This document shows, in pieces, positions 9,072 to 17,983 of a stretch of DNA of 64,000 nucleotides; the first letter of the stretch is position 1, and the number at the start of each line of letters is the position of its first letter. The position numbers and the translations under genes are program-made. The stretch is from positions 37,326 through 101,325 of the forward strand of contig NZ_CANPVO010000006.1 in the NCBI RefSeq assembly GCF_947581785.1, given 5' to 3'. Origin of the DNA: Candidatus Palauibacter polyketidifaciens. Its GTDB lineage: Bacteria; Gemmatimonadota; Gemmatimonadetes; Palauibacterales; Palauibacteraceae. The notes beneath the pieces were generated by a model that worked only from the letters and a program-made list of their open reading frames with translations, had not been told where the DNA came from and ran no database searches.

Positions 9072-10040
9072 CTGAAGCGTCTGGGTCTCTTTCAGCATCC
9101 CGACTGCAGTCGGCACGACACGGGCTGGGGTCATCCGGAGCATCAGGGACGGCTCCGCGCCGTGATGGGCGCGCTCGAGCGGGCGTTGCCCGAACTTCAC
9201 GAGGACGTCCTCCCCGTCATGCCGCCCGCGGCCGAGATCACCCAACTGGAACGGGCCCACACGCCGGGACACGTGGAACGGACGCGGGCGATCTGCGACC
9301 GGTCCGTCGAGAGCGGAGGGATCGTGCGGATCGATCCCGATACGCCGGTCTCGCCGGGAAGCTGGGACGCCGCCGTCGCCGCGTCCGGGTGCGGGGTCGC
9401 GGCGGTGGACGCGGTCCTCGACGGAACGTGCCGTGCGGCTTTCTGCGCCGTGCGCCCGCCGGGACACCACGCGACGGCGGACCGGGCCATGGGATTCTGC
9501 CTCTTCAACAACATCGCCGTGGCCGCCCGCCACGCCCTGGCCCGGCCGGAAGTCGAGCGGGTTCTGATCGTGGACTGGGACGTGCACCACGGAAACGGGA
9601 CCCAGGACATCTTCTACGACGATCCCTCGGTCTTCTTCCTCTCGATGCACGAGTACCCCCTCTTCCCCGGCACCGGGTCCGCGGATCAACGCGGACGGGG
9701 AGCGGGGGAGGGAACGACGCTGAATCTTCCCATGCCCGGGGGTCTTCCGCCCGAGCGCTACGTGGAGACGCTGCTCGAGGGCGTGGACCGGGCACTGGCC
9801 CGCTTCGAACCCGACGTCACGCTCATCTCCGCCGGATTCGACGCGGGGGCGGAGGATCCGCTTGGGGGCTTCACCCTCACCCCGGCGCACTTCGACACGC
9901 TGACGCACGAGGTCGTCGGACGGACGCGGGCCACGGCCCGAAACCGCGTGGTCTCGTTCCTCGAGGGCGGTTACAATCCCGACGAACTGGGACGCAACGT
10001 CGTCTCGCACCTGACGGCCCTGCGCGACGCCACGGGCTGA
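9072..10040 (+). CDS. histone deacetylase-family amidohydrolase (acetoin utilisation/acetylpolyamine deacetylase-like)
   Basis: RPPGHHA, DWDVHHGNGTQ and the EGGY tail are HDAC motifs. The conserved N-terminus LKRLGLFQHPDCSRHDTGWGHPEHQGRL lies upstream of the track's GTG at 9162. Only CTG codons (9054, 9072, 9081) are available in frame, so the start is placed at CTG 9072. Confidence 0.8.
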   Translation: MKRLGLFQHPDCSRHDTGWGHPEHQGRLRAVMGALERALPELHEDVLPVMPPAAEITQLERAHTPGHVERTRAICDRSVESGGIVRIDPDTPVSPGSWDAAVAASGCGVAAVDAVLDGTCRAAFCAVRPPGHHATADRAMGFCLFNNIAVAARHALARPEVERVLIVDWDVHHGNGTQDIFYDDPSVFFLSMHEYPLFPGTGSADQRGRGAGEGTTLNLPMPGGLPPERYVETLLEGVDRALARFEPDVTLISAGFDAGAEDPLGGFTLTPAHFDTLTHEVVGRTRATARNRVVSFLEGGYNPDELGRNVVSHLTALRDATG

Positions 10041-10077
10041 CCGCCCGGGAGCGCGCCCCGCAGAACAGGAGCCCCCC

Positions 10078-11313
10078 TTGCCCGACCTTGACGCCACCTT
10101 CCTGGAGACTGCTTCCCGGGAGCTCGAACGACAGAAGATCGACGCCTGGCTGCTGTACGACTTCCGGGCCCTCAATCCGCTGGCGGCGCACCTCGTCGGC
10201 CTGCCTGAAGGCCAGAAGCGCCGGTATTTCGTCCTCATCGAGCCCGGGCGGACGCCGCACGCGCTCGTCCAGAAGATCGAAGTGTCCGGATGGGACCGGT
10301 GGCCGCATCGGCTCACGAGCTACGTCGGCTGGGATGAGATGGAGACCGCGCTGCAGGAGATGCTGCACGGCACGGATACGGTCGCGATGGAGGTGAGCCC
10401 CCGCGACTCGATCCCGTACGTGGACCACGTCCCCGCCGGCGTCGTCGAACTCGTGGAGTCGCTCGGGCCCCGGATCGTCAGTTCGGTGGAGCTGATCTCC
10501 GGGACGGCGGCGCAATGGGGGGCACGCGGGCACGCGCTGCACCACGAGGCGGCCGAGATCCTGGCGCGGACCGCGCGAACGGCGTTCGAGTTGGCCGTGC
10601 GCGCGGCGGGGCTCACGCCCGCGGCGGATCGCGAAACGGCCGCCGCCTTCGACGCCTCCGCCGAGCCGACCCCGGCCACGGAGCACGACCTCGCCGAGTG
10701 GATCCGGGCGCGCCTGCGCGCCGAGGGCCTGACAGAAGTCGACACGATCGTCGCGGTGGGCCCCAACGCCGCCAAGCCGCACTACGAACCGCGCGCCGAG
10801 GGATCGTCCGCTCTGACGGCGGACCAGGTGTTCATGGTGGATCTGTGGGGGCGCGCGGCCGGGGAACCTGACGCGATCTTCGCCGACCAGACATGGATGG
10901 GTTTCCTCGGCCCGGAGCCGCCCGCCGAGGTGATCGCCGCCTGGGACGCGGTCGTCGCGGCGCGCGACGCAGCGGTCGAGGTCATCCGGAAGGACCCGGG
11001 CGCCACGGGTGCGGACGCGGACCGGGCGGCCCGGGAGGCGCTGATCGCGCGCGGCTACGAGGACGCCATCTTCCATCGGACGGGGCACGGGATCGACCGC
11101 GAAATCCACGGCGTCGGTCCCACGCTGGACAGCATCGAGATGCGGGACGACCGGCGGCTCGTGGCGGGCGTCGGCTTTTCCGTCGAGCCCGGCGTCTACC
11201 TGGAGGGACGCTTCGGCCACCGGACGGAAATCGATGTCTACATGCGCGAGGATGGGCCCGAAGTCACTCCGTCCCGGATCCAGTACAACCTCTGGCGGAC
11301 GACCGGAACATGA
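10078..11313 (+). CDS. M24-family metallopeptidase (Xaa-Pro aminopeptidase/creatinase fold)
   Basis: The C-terminal pita-bread region contains VFMVDLWG...HRTGHGIDREIHG...GFSVEPGVY...RTEIDV. Confidence 0.85.
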   Translation: MPDLDATFLETASRELERQKIDAWLLYDFRALNPLAAHLVGLPEGQKRRYFVLIEPGRTPHALVQKIEVSGWDRWPHRLTSYVGWDEMETALQEMLHGTDTVAMEVSPRDSIPYVDHVPAGVVELVESLGPRIVSSVELISGTAAQWGARGHALHHEAAEILARTARTAFELAVRAAGLTPAADRETAAAFDASAEPTPATEHDLAEWIRARLRAEGLTEVDTIVAVGPNAAKPHYEPRAEGSSALTADQVFMVDLWGRAAGEPDAIFADQTWMGFLGPEPPAEVIAAWDAVVAARDAAVEVIRKDPGATGADADRAAREALIARGYEDAIFHRTGHGIDREIHGVGPTLDSIEMRDDRRLVAGVGFSVEPGVYLEGRFGHRTEIDVYMREDGPEVTPSRIQYNLWRTTGT

Positions 11314-12344
11314 GAATCTCGTGGGAGCCGTTCTACGTCGAAACGGCGCACCCCTTCGGCATCAGCCGCGGCGTGAAGACCGGCGACGACCTGGTGTGGG
11401 TGCGACTGGAGCATGAGGGGATCGAGGGCTGGGGCGAGGCGGATCCGTCCGGGTACTACGGGGAGACGGCGGATACGGTGGAGGCCGCGCTGAAGAAGCT
11501 GGCCCCCCGCATCGAGGAGGTGGAAGACCCGTTCCAGCTCGAGGTCATCGAGCGGGACCTTGCGAACCTCCTCGGCCGGAGCGGGTCGGCCCGCTGCGCG
11601 CTCTCGTCGGCGCTTCACGACTGGGTCGGAAAGCGCGCGGGCCTTCCGCTCTGGAAGCTCTGGGGCCTGAATCCGGACGACGCGCCGCTCAGTTCGTTCA
11701 CGATCGGGATCGACGCTCCGGAGGTCATGGCCCGGAAGACGCGCGAGGCCGAAGCGTGGCCGATCCTCAAGATCAAGCTCGGAAGCGACGACGATGAAGC
11801 GCGGCTGAGCGCGGTACGCGGCGCGGCGCCGGACAAGATCCTGCGCGTGGACGCGAACGCGGCCTGGACTCCCGCCGAAGCCATCGAGGGGATCGCGATG
11901 TGCGCCGAATACGGCGTGGAGTTCGTGGAACAACCGCTCCCGCCGACGGAGAACGACGAGCTGGCCTTCGTCCGCTCGCGTGCGGTTCTCCCCATCGTCG
12001 TGGACGAGTCGAGCATCGTGGCGACCGACATTCCGCGACTCGACGGCCTCGTCGACGGCATCAACATCAAGCTCGCGAAGTGCGGAGGTCCGCGAGAGGC
12101 GCTCCGCATGGTTCACACCGCGCGCGCCTGCGGCCTCTCGGTCATGCTCGGGTGCATGCTGGAGACGAGTCTCGGGATCGCGCCCGCGGCGCACCTCGCC
12201 TCGCTTGTGGACTACGCGGACCTGGACGGCGCCGCGCTCCTGCGTTCCGATCCGTTCACCGGCCCGCATCTCGAGGAGGGCCGAATCGTCCTGCCCGACC
12301 GTCCCGGGCTCGGCGTCGAACCAGCCACGGGGGCGGCCGCCTGA
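11310..12344 (+). CDS. dipeptide epimerase (L-Ala-D/L-Glu epimerase-like, enolase superfamily)
   Basis: Trimmed to ATG 11310 (ATGA overlap with the M24 stop). It has ILKIKLG, LRVDANAAW, VEFVEQPL, VVDES and INIKLAKCGG, typical of the MLE/dipeptide epimerase subgroup. Confidence 0.85.
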   Translation: MRISWEPFYVETAHPFGISRGVKTGDDLVWVRLEHEGIEGWGEADPSGYYGETADTVEAALKKLAPRIEEVEDPFQLEVIERDLANLLGRSGSARCALSSALHDWVGKRAGLPLWKLWGLNPDDAPLSSFTIGIDAPEVMARKTREAEAWPILKIKLGSDDDEARLSAVRGAAPDKILRVDANAAWTPAEAIEGIAMCAEYGVEFVEQPLPPTENDELAFVRSRAVLPIVVDESSIVATDIPRLDGLVDGINIKLAKCGGPREALRMVHTARACGLSVMLGCMLETSLGIAPAAHLASLVDYADLDGAALLRSDPFTGPHLEEGRIVLPDRPGLGVEPATGAAA

Positions 12345-13012
12345 GTCAACGGAAGCCCGCGGTCAAGATCTGCTGCATCAGGACCCCCGAAGAGGCCGCG
12401 CTCGCCGCCCGTCACGGGGCGACGGCGATCGGGCTCGTCTCCGCGATGCCGAGCGGACCGGGAGTCATCGATGACGCCGCGATCCGCCGCATCGCGGCTG
12501 CGGCCCCGCGCGGCGTCGCGACCTTCCTGCTCACGTCGCGGACGGACCCGGAGGAGATCGCGGCCCAGCAGCGCGACGCCCGGGCCGACACACTCCAGCT
12601 CGTGGACCGGCTGGCGCCCGACGCGCTCCGCAGCCTGCGCCGCCTGTTGCCGGGCGTCGCGCTCGTCCAGGTCGTCCACGTCCGGGGAGAGCACTCGGTG
12701 GAGGAGGCCGCCGCGGTGGCGCCGCTGGTCGACGCCGTCCTTCTCGACTCGGGCAACCCGGACCTCGTCGTGCGGCAACTCGGGGGCACGGGCCGCGTTC
12801 ACGACTGGGGTCACAGCCGCAGGATCGTCGAGCGGGCCGACTGCCCGGTCTATCTTGCAGGAGGCCTCCGGCCGACGAACGTGGCCGCGGCTCTGCAAGC
12901 GGTCCGTCCCTTCGGCGTGGACGTCTGCTCGGGCGTGAGAACGGACGGGCGACTCGACGAGAGGCTGCTGCGACGCTTCATGCGCGAAGCGAGGGGCGGC
13001 GGGTCCGGCTAG
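12341..13012 (+). CDS. trpF: phosphoribosylanthranilate isomerase
   Basis: VKICCIRTPEEAALAARHGATAIGLV...GGTGRVHDW...YLAGGLRPTNV is TrpF-like. No ATG/GTG/TTG lies between the conserved VKIC strand and a start about 60 codons upstream. The CTG at 12341 overlaps the epimerase stop (CTGA). Confidence 0.75.
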   Translation: MSQRKPAVKICCIRTPEEAALAARHGATAIGLVSAMPSGPGVIDDAAIRRIAAAAPRGVATFLLTSRTDPEEIAAQQRDARADTLQLVDRLAPDALRSLRRLLPGVALVQVVHVRGEHSVEEAAAVAPLVDAVLLDSGNPDLVVRQLGGTGRVHDWGHSRRIVERADCPVYLAGGLRPTNVAAALQAVRPFGVDVCSGVRTDGRLDERLLRRFMREARGGGSG

Positions 13013-13042
13013 CAGCCACTGGCCGCCGGCCAGTCGGAACGG

Positions 13043-14359
13043 CTAGTCCGCCCGCACGCGGGCGCCGCGCCGGCAATCGAGCGCGAGTTCCTCCGTCTCC
13101 GACACTTCGCACGCCTCGCGCCGCGCGGCTTCGTCCGCGTAGAGCGAGTACAGCGACTCTCCCATGGCTTCGTGACACCGCGGCTTCGCCGAGTCTTCGA
13201 TGATGCGGCAGAACGAGAATCCGGCCCCGGTCGTCGCGGTCACATCCACGAAGTTCTTGACGACGCCCACGTAGCACCACTCGCGGTGGTCCGCCGGCGA
13301 TTTCCGACATTCGTTGTGCGCTTCGTCCTCGTCCTGCAGCGTGCGGCCGCTGATATCGCGGCCGAGACTCATGAAGCAGTCGTCTCGCCAGCCGTCCGGC
13401 GCATCGAGACAGGAGGTGGCCGCGTCCGCGATGTCCCAGTCGTTGTGCCAGAGCATGGCGGACGTCTGCGTCTGGTAACAGGAAGTGAGGTACCGCTCGT
13501 CCAGGATCGAGCAGGGATAGTGCGGGTCGTCGGCACGCAGCGGCTCGAAGGGTTCGACGCCCTCGGCCATCGCCATCGTCCCGTGGACGTGCGCGCCCGC
13601 GCCGTGGTCCGAGGCCTCGGCCGCCTCGCCTGCCCCACCCTCCATGACGGTCCCGTCGGACACGAGGGCGGCGGCCGGATGATGGGGGGCGATCGCGTTG
13701 ACCACGTTCTCCATGAACGCCCCGCCGTAGCACGAGTTCCGGTTCCAGCCAGTCGTCAGCAGGTCGCAGCCCTCGAGGGCCATGAGAAGGTGGTGGCCGT
13801 AGTACATCGTGAGACCGTGTCCGAGACCGTGCAGGCACTGGAAGAGCAGCCAGCGGTCGGCCGGGTCCGCCTCGTAGGGCTCGCAGAGCCCGGCGACCTT
13901 CTCCGCGCTCGGTTCGCCCGTGGCGATGAAATAGGCCTGGACGACGCCGTGGTAGCACCCCGACTGGAAGACCTCCGTGCACTCCTCGAAGGCGTCGGTG
14001 AAGGTCTCTCCGGGCGAGTAGGCGTTGATGCCGATCGCGTGCGTGAGGACATGGGACCCGGCCCGGACCGCCCGGTCCGCGACGGCCAGCGACTCGAGCA
14101 TGTCCAGCGCCGCAACTGTCCCGGCCGCGTCGAGTTCGTCGAGGAGCCGTGCTTCATAGCATCCCTGCCTCTCCTCCCACGCCAGCTCGCGGCACGCCTC
14201 GAACGCGGCCGCCGCCTCGACCGAAGCGATAGGTGGCGGCGACGGCCCCCCGCAGGTCGCCGCCGCGATCCCGATCGCCATGACAAGCCCGAGGCTCCGA
14301 GCGTGACGGCGCCGGTGAACTCCCGTGGACACGACGGTGCGCGATCCCGATTCGCTCAT
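13043..14359 (-). CDS. Cys-rich repeat lipoprotein, unknown function
   Basis: Trimmed to ATG 14359, preceded by GGGAGAGGGA. The signal ends at lipobox-like IGIAAATCGG. About nine cysteine-pair repeats follow. Confidence 0.6.
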   Translation of the reverse strand: MSESGSRTVVSTGVHRRRHARSLGLVMAIGIAAATCGGPSPPPIASVEAAAAFEACRELAWEERQGCYEARLLDELDAAGTVAALDMLESLAVADRAVRAGSHVLTHAIGINAYSPGETFTDAFEECTEVFQSGCYHGVVQAYFIATGEPSAEKVAGLCEPYEADPADRWLLFQCLHGLGHGLTMYYGHHLLMALEGCDLLTTGWNRNSCYGGAFMENVVNAIAPHHPAAALVSDGTVMEGGAGEAAEASDHGAGAHVHGTMAMAEGVEPFEPLRADDPHYPCSILDERYLTSCYQTQTSAMLWHNDWDIADAATSCLDAPDGWRDDCFMSLGRDISGRTLQDEDEAHNECRKSPADHREWCYVGVVKNFVDVTATTGAGFSFCRIIEDSAKPRCHEAMGESLYSLYADEAARREACEVSETEELALDCRRGARVRAD

Positions 14360-14463
14360 TCCCTCTCCCTCGTCTTGCACCCGCGACAGGCGGGCGGAAC
14401 CAGCGGCACAACCTGACGGAGCGAGGCCCTCCCAACAAGCGAAGCGCGGAGCGGACGGCCCCT

Positions 14464-16740
14464 TCACAGGAGCGCCTCGGGATCACGGTCGATCTCGAGC
14501 CGGAGGCCGGAGCCGGGCTGGCCCTGCTGCTCTCCGAGGAAGCGGAGAACGCCGCCGAGCGTCGCGGCGCGATCCGCCTTGATCAGGAAATGCCACCTCC
14601 ACCGCTCCCGGAGTCGATCGATGGGGCAGGGGGCCGGGCCGATGACCTCGACTCCGGCGAGCCGGCGATCCAGAATCAGCCGCCGCGTCCACTCGGACAG
14701 TTCCTCCGCGACGTCGATCACCCGGGACTCCGACTTCCCGGAGACGACGAGGTTCGCGAGCCGGCGGTGCGGCGGATAGCCGGGTTCCTCCCGGTCCCCG
14801 AGTTCGCGTTCCGCGAAGCCGACGTAGTCGTGCTCCGCGGCTGCGGCGAGCGCGTAGTGCCCGGGGCGCGACGTCTGGACGAGGACCTCCCCCGGCTCCT
14901 CGCCCCGTCCGGCCCGGCCCGCGACCTGTTCCAGGAGTTGGAAGGTGCGCTCGCTCGCCCGGAAGTCCGGCAGATGGAGACCGACATCCGCGTTGATCAC
15001 TCCCACGAGCGTGACCTGCGGGAAGTCGAGGCCCTTGGCGATCATCTGCGTGCCGAGCAGGATGTCGACCTCCCGCCTCCGGAACGCGTCGAGAATCTCG
15101 ACGTGCGCCCACTTGGAGCCCGTGGTGTCGAGGTCCATGCGGGCGATGCCGGCCTTCGGAAAGAGCTCGCCCACGCGGCGTTCGACCTGTTCGGTGCCGA
15201 CCCCGGCGTAACGCGGCGCGGGGCCCCCGCACTCGCCGCATCCGGAGGGGAGCGGGCTCGTCGAGCCGCAGTGATGACACACGAGTTGCCTGCGTCGGCG
15301 ATGATAGGTGAGGGTCACGGAGCAGGCGCCACAGCTCCACACGTGACCGCAGGCCGCGCACTCGGCGAAGGAGGCGTATCCGCGGCGGTTGAGAAAGAGG
15401 ATCGTCTGCTCGCCCCGCTCCAGGCGCAGGGCGATCGCCTCCCGCAGCCGCCTGGAGAAGACCCGCGGTCCGCCACCCGGAACCGGCTCCTCCGCGTCCT
15501 GGCCCGGGTCCTCGCCGGCGTCGGCCCGCAGATCGACGAGTTCCACCGAGGGGAGCCCGTGGCCCGTCACCCGCTTCTCGAGTTCGAGCAGGTGGTAGCG
15601 TCCGGTGCGCGCATTCTTCCAGCTCTCGAGGGCAGGCGTGGCGGACCCGAGCACGCACAGGCCACCTTCCAGCCGCGCGCGCATGATCGCAACGGAACGG
15701 GCGTGGTAGCGCGGTACGTCGGACTGCTTGTAGCTGCTCTCGTGCTCCTCGTCGACGATGATCGCGCCCAGGTTCCGGACCGGCGCGAATACCGCCGAGC
15801 GCGGACCGATCGCGATCCGCTTCCTCCCCTCGCGCAGACTGCGCCAGGCGTCGAAGCGTTCCCCGTCCGAGAGCCCCGAGTGCAACACGGTGACCTCGTC
15901 GCCGAAGCGGGCCCGGAAGCGCTGCACCGTCTGGGGCGTGAGAGAGATCTCCGGCACGAGGAAGATGCCGGAGCGGCCCAGCGCGAGTTGACGCTCCAGC
16001 ACCTCCAGGTAGACGGCCGTCTTGCCCGAGCCCGTCACGCCGCGCAGCAGCGCGACCCGTCCCGGCGTATCGAGGCGCTCGAGGTCGCCGACGACCCGCG
16101 TCTGGTCCGGAGTGAGGGTAAACCGCGGCTCCGGCTCCACCGGGCCGGCGAACGGATCCCGCTCCACCTCGCGCTCCACGATTTCCGCGAGCCGCCGCTC
16201 CACGAGCCCGTCGAGCACGCCCCGACTGAAGCCGAGTTGCTTCACCAGGTGCCCGACGCCCGCCTGACCTCCGACCGACTCGAGCGTCTCGTACAATTCG
16301 CGCTGCCGTTTCGCCCGGCCGAAGGCGCGGTCCCGTTCGCTCAGCGTTCGCAGTTCGCGCGCAATCCGGAGCACGCGCTCGGTGCGCGGTCGTCCCGGGC
16401 TCCCTCCGCGGGCGGCCTGTGACCCGAGCGCACCCGGAGGGAGGGCTGCGCGCAGCACAACGCCGAGAGGCGCGACGTAGTAGTCCGAGATCCAGCGGCA
16501 GAGATCGAGGAGACGCGCGTCGACCACCGGCGCTTCGTCGAGGACGCCCCGCAGCTCGCGCAATCGGGGTTTCCGTCCCCGGTCCGCCCGCAGCCCGAGG
16601 CGGTCCACGACCCCGACCGCCGTCCCGCCGCCGAGCGGCACGCGGACCCGGACGCCCGGCCCCACGGCCCCGACGAGCGAGGCGGGGATCGCGTAGGCGA
16701 GCGTCCCGAGGAACGTCCGCGCGACCGCCACCTCGCACAC
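14464..16740 (-). CDS. priA: primosomal protein N' (replication restart helicase)
   Basis: GVTGSGKT, DEEHE, the Cys4-Cys4 zinc region CAACGHVWSCGACSVTLTYHRRRRQLVCHHCG...CGECGG, and the helicase C-terminal motifs. The start is placed at in-frame GTG 16740. The upstream ATG at 16848 would overlap the divergent HNH start. Confidence 0.9.
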   Translation of the reverse strand: MCEVAVARTFLGTLAYAIPASLVGAVGPGVRVRVPLGGGTAVGVVDRLGLRADRGRKPRLRELRGVLDEAPVVDARLLDLCRWISDYYVAPLGVVLRAALPPGALGSQAARGGSPGRPRTERVLRIARELRTLSERDRAFGRAKRQRELYETLESVGGQAGVGHLVKQLGFSRGVLDGLVERRLAEIVEREVERDPFAGPVEPEPRFTLTPDQTRVVGDLERLDTPGRVALLRGVTGSGKTAVYLEVLERQLALGRSGIFLVPEISLTPQTVQRFRARFGDEVTVLHSGLSDGERFDAWRSLREGRKRIAIGPRSAVFAPVRNLGAIIVDEEHESSYKQSDVPRYHARSVAIMRARLEGGLCVLGSATPALESWKNARTGRYHLLELEKRVTGHGLPSVELVDLRADAGEDPGQDAEEPVPGGGPRVFSRRLREAIALRLERGEQTILFLNRRGYASFAECAACGHVWSCGACSVTLTYHRRRRQLVCHHCGSTSPLPSGCGECGGPAPRYAGVGTEQVERRVGELFPKAGIARMDLDTTGSKWAHVEILDAFRRREVDILLGTQMIAKGLDFPQVTLVGVINADVGLHLPDFRASERTFQLLEQVAGRAGRGEEPGEVLVQTSRPGHYALAAAAEHDYVGFAERELGDREEPGYPPHRRLANLVVSGKSESRVIDVAEELSEWTRRLILDRRLAGVEVIGPAPCPIDRLRERWRWHFLIKADRAATLGGVLRFLGEQQGQPGSGLRLEIDRDPEALL

Positions 16741-16846
16741 GCCGGCGGAGCCCGCCTCCCGCGCCGCCTTCCCGGGGGGGCCTTCGCTTGACACGTCGCA
16801 GCCGGATTGCTTGTTTTCCGCCACCGAATCCAATGGGGGGTCGCTC

Positions 16847-17395
16847 ATGGGCTGTCTGGCCCTGAACGCTTCATACGAGCCGTTGACGATCATTCCGGTC
16901 CGGCGCGCCGTTCGCCTGCTCATCGACCGGAAGGCCGACGCGCTGGAGGTGGATTCGGAACGTCCCATCCGATCCGAGCGCGTGCGGATGGATACGCCCG
17001 TCGTCATCCGCCTCGTCCGGTTCATCCAGATCCCCCGCCGCTTCCGCCGTCAGGTCACGAACACGTTCCTGTTCGCGCGCGACGCCTATCGCTGTCAGTA
17101 TTGCGGCCGTCACCGGCGGGAACTGGGGTATCGCGAGTCGCTGACCCGCGATCACGTGATCCCGATCTCGCGTGGCGGAGACAACGGATGGTCGAACGTG
17201 GTCACGGCCTGCAGCAAGTGCAACCTGAAGAAGGCGGACCGCCTGCTGGCCGAATGCGGGTTCTCGCTCCCGGCGGAGCCTCGCGAACCCAACCACGTCG
17301 AACTGATCTGGGCCGTCCGCACGGTCACGCCGGTGCAGGCCAGGTATATCGGCATGTTCTACGGCGAGGACGTGCTGCGGGCGCTGACCCCCTGA
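16847..17395 (+). CDS. HNH endonuclease domain protein
   Basis: YRCQYCGRH...LTRDHVIPISRGGDNGWSNVVTACSKCNLKK is the HNH motif. Trimmed to ATG 16847. Confidence 0.8.
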   Translation: MGCLALNASYEPLTIIPVRRAVRLLIDRKADALEVDSERPIRSERVRMDTPVVIRLVRFIQIPRRFRRQVTNTFLFARDAYRCQYCGRHRRELGYRESLTRDHVIPISRGGDNGWSNVVTACSKCNLKKADRLLAECGFSLPAEPREPNHVELIWAVRTVTPVQARYIGMFYGEDVLRALTP

Positions 17396-17428
17396 GGTCG
17401 GCCCGGCCGGCCGGCTGATCGCACCGTC

Positions 17429-17983
17429 ATGAATATGACCGGGTTCGGAATCGGCGAGGTCCTCCTCATTGCGATGCTCGTGCTCATCGTATTCGGGCCC
17501 CGTCGCCTGCCCGAGATCACCCGCACCATCGGCAAGGGGATCCGGGAGTTCCGGAAGGGGATGAACGAGATTCAGCGCGAACTCGAGGCCGCCGGCCGGG
17601 AGACGCAGTGGAAGTCGCCGCCCACGGCCCGAAAACCGGCGACCGCGAGCAATGCGACAATCGCCGGAACCGCCACCGCCGCCGGGACCGCCGCGGCCGC
17701 CGGGGCGTCCACCGACTCCGCGGACGAGACGGAGGACGAAGAGGACGCCTCCGGAGCGACGGCGGGGCCGGTCGTGGAGGAACAGGAACCGCCCACGCCG
17801 CGCGATGAAGTGGATCCGGCTCAGGAGTTCATCGATCCCTGGTCCACGGATTCCTCGCGTCCGACGTTCGGCCCGAAGCCGCCCTCGGAGCCCGTATCGG
17901 AGCCCGTGATCGCCCCGCCTACGACCGAGCCCGCACCGCCGGAGCCGTCTGAAGGGGAGGATCCGGCGACGGCCCCCCAATGA
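17429..17983 (+). CDS. tatA: twin-arginine translocase TatA/TatB-family subunit with long Ala/Pro/Glu-rich tail
   Basis: FGIGEVLLIAMLVLIVFGPRRLPEITRTIGKGIREFRKG is the TatA/E/B signature. Confidence 0.85.
   Translation: MNMTGFGIGEVLLIAMLVLIVFGPRRLPEITRTIGKGIREFRKGMNEIQRELEAAGRETQWKSPPTARKPATASNATIAGTATAAGTAAAAGASTDSADETEDEEDASGATAGPVVEEQEPPTPRDEVDPAQEFIDPWSTDSSRPTFGPKPPSEPVSEPVIAPPTTEPAPPEPSEGEDPATAPQ

Noticed and set aside
8418-10316. 632-aa minus-strand ORF, and similar long shadows at 5863..7188, 9877..11220, 11238..12269, 20601..21743, 23264..25006, 26819..28168, 26854..28671, 46294..48183 and 50325..52004
   Set aside because: Each lies opposite or out of frame to a gene with strong family motifs. 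All have extreme Arg/Pro/Gly/Ala composition.
14483-16738. 751-aa ORF on the minus strand in an alternative frame of priA
   Set aside because: The translation is almost pure Arg/Gly/Ala/Pro. The overlapping frame encodes a complete PriA with Walker, DEEH and zinc-finger motifs.
17919-17983. 65-nt convergent overlap between the tatA tail and the 3' end of the secreted hypothetical gene, as a possible regulatory antisense arrangement
   Set aside because: Stop codons are rare in this composition, so ORF ends overshoot easily. The overlapped residues of both proteins are low-complexity. There is no evidence for function.
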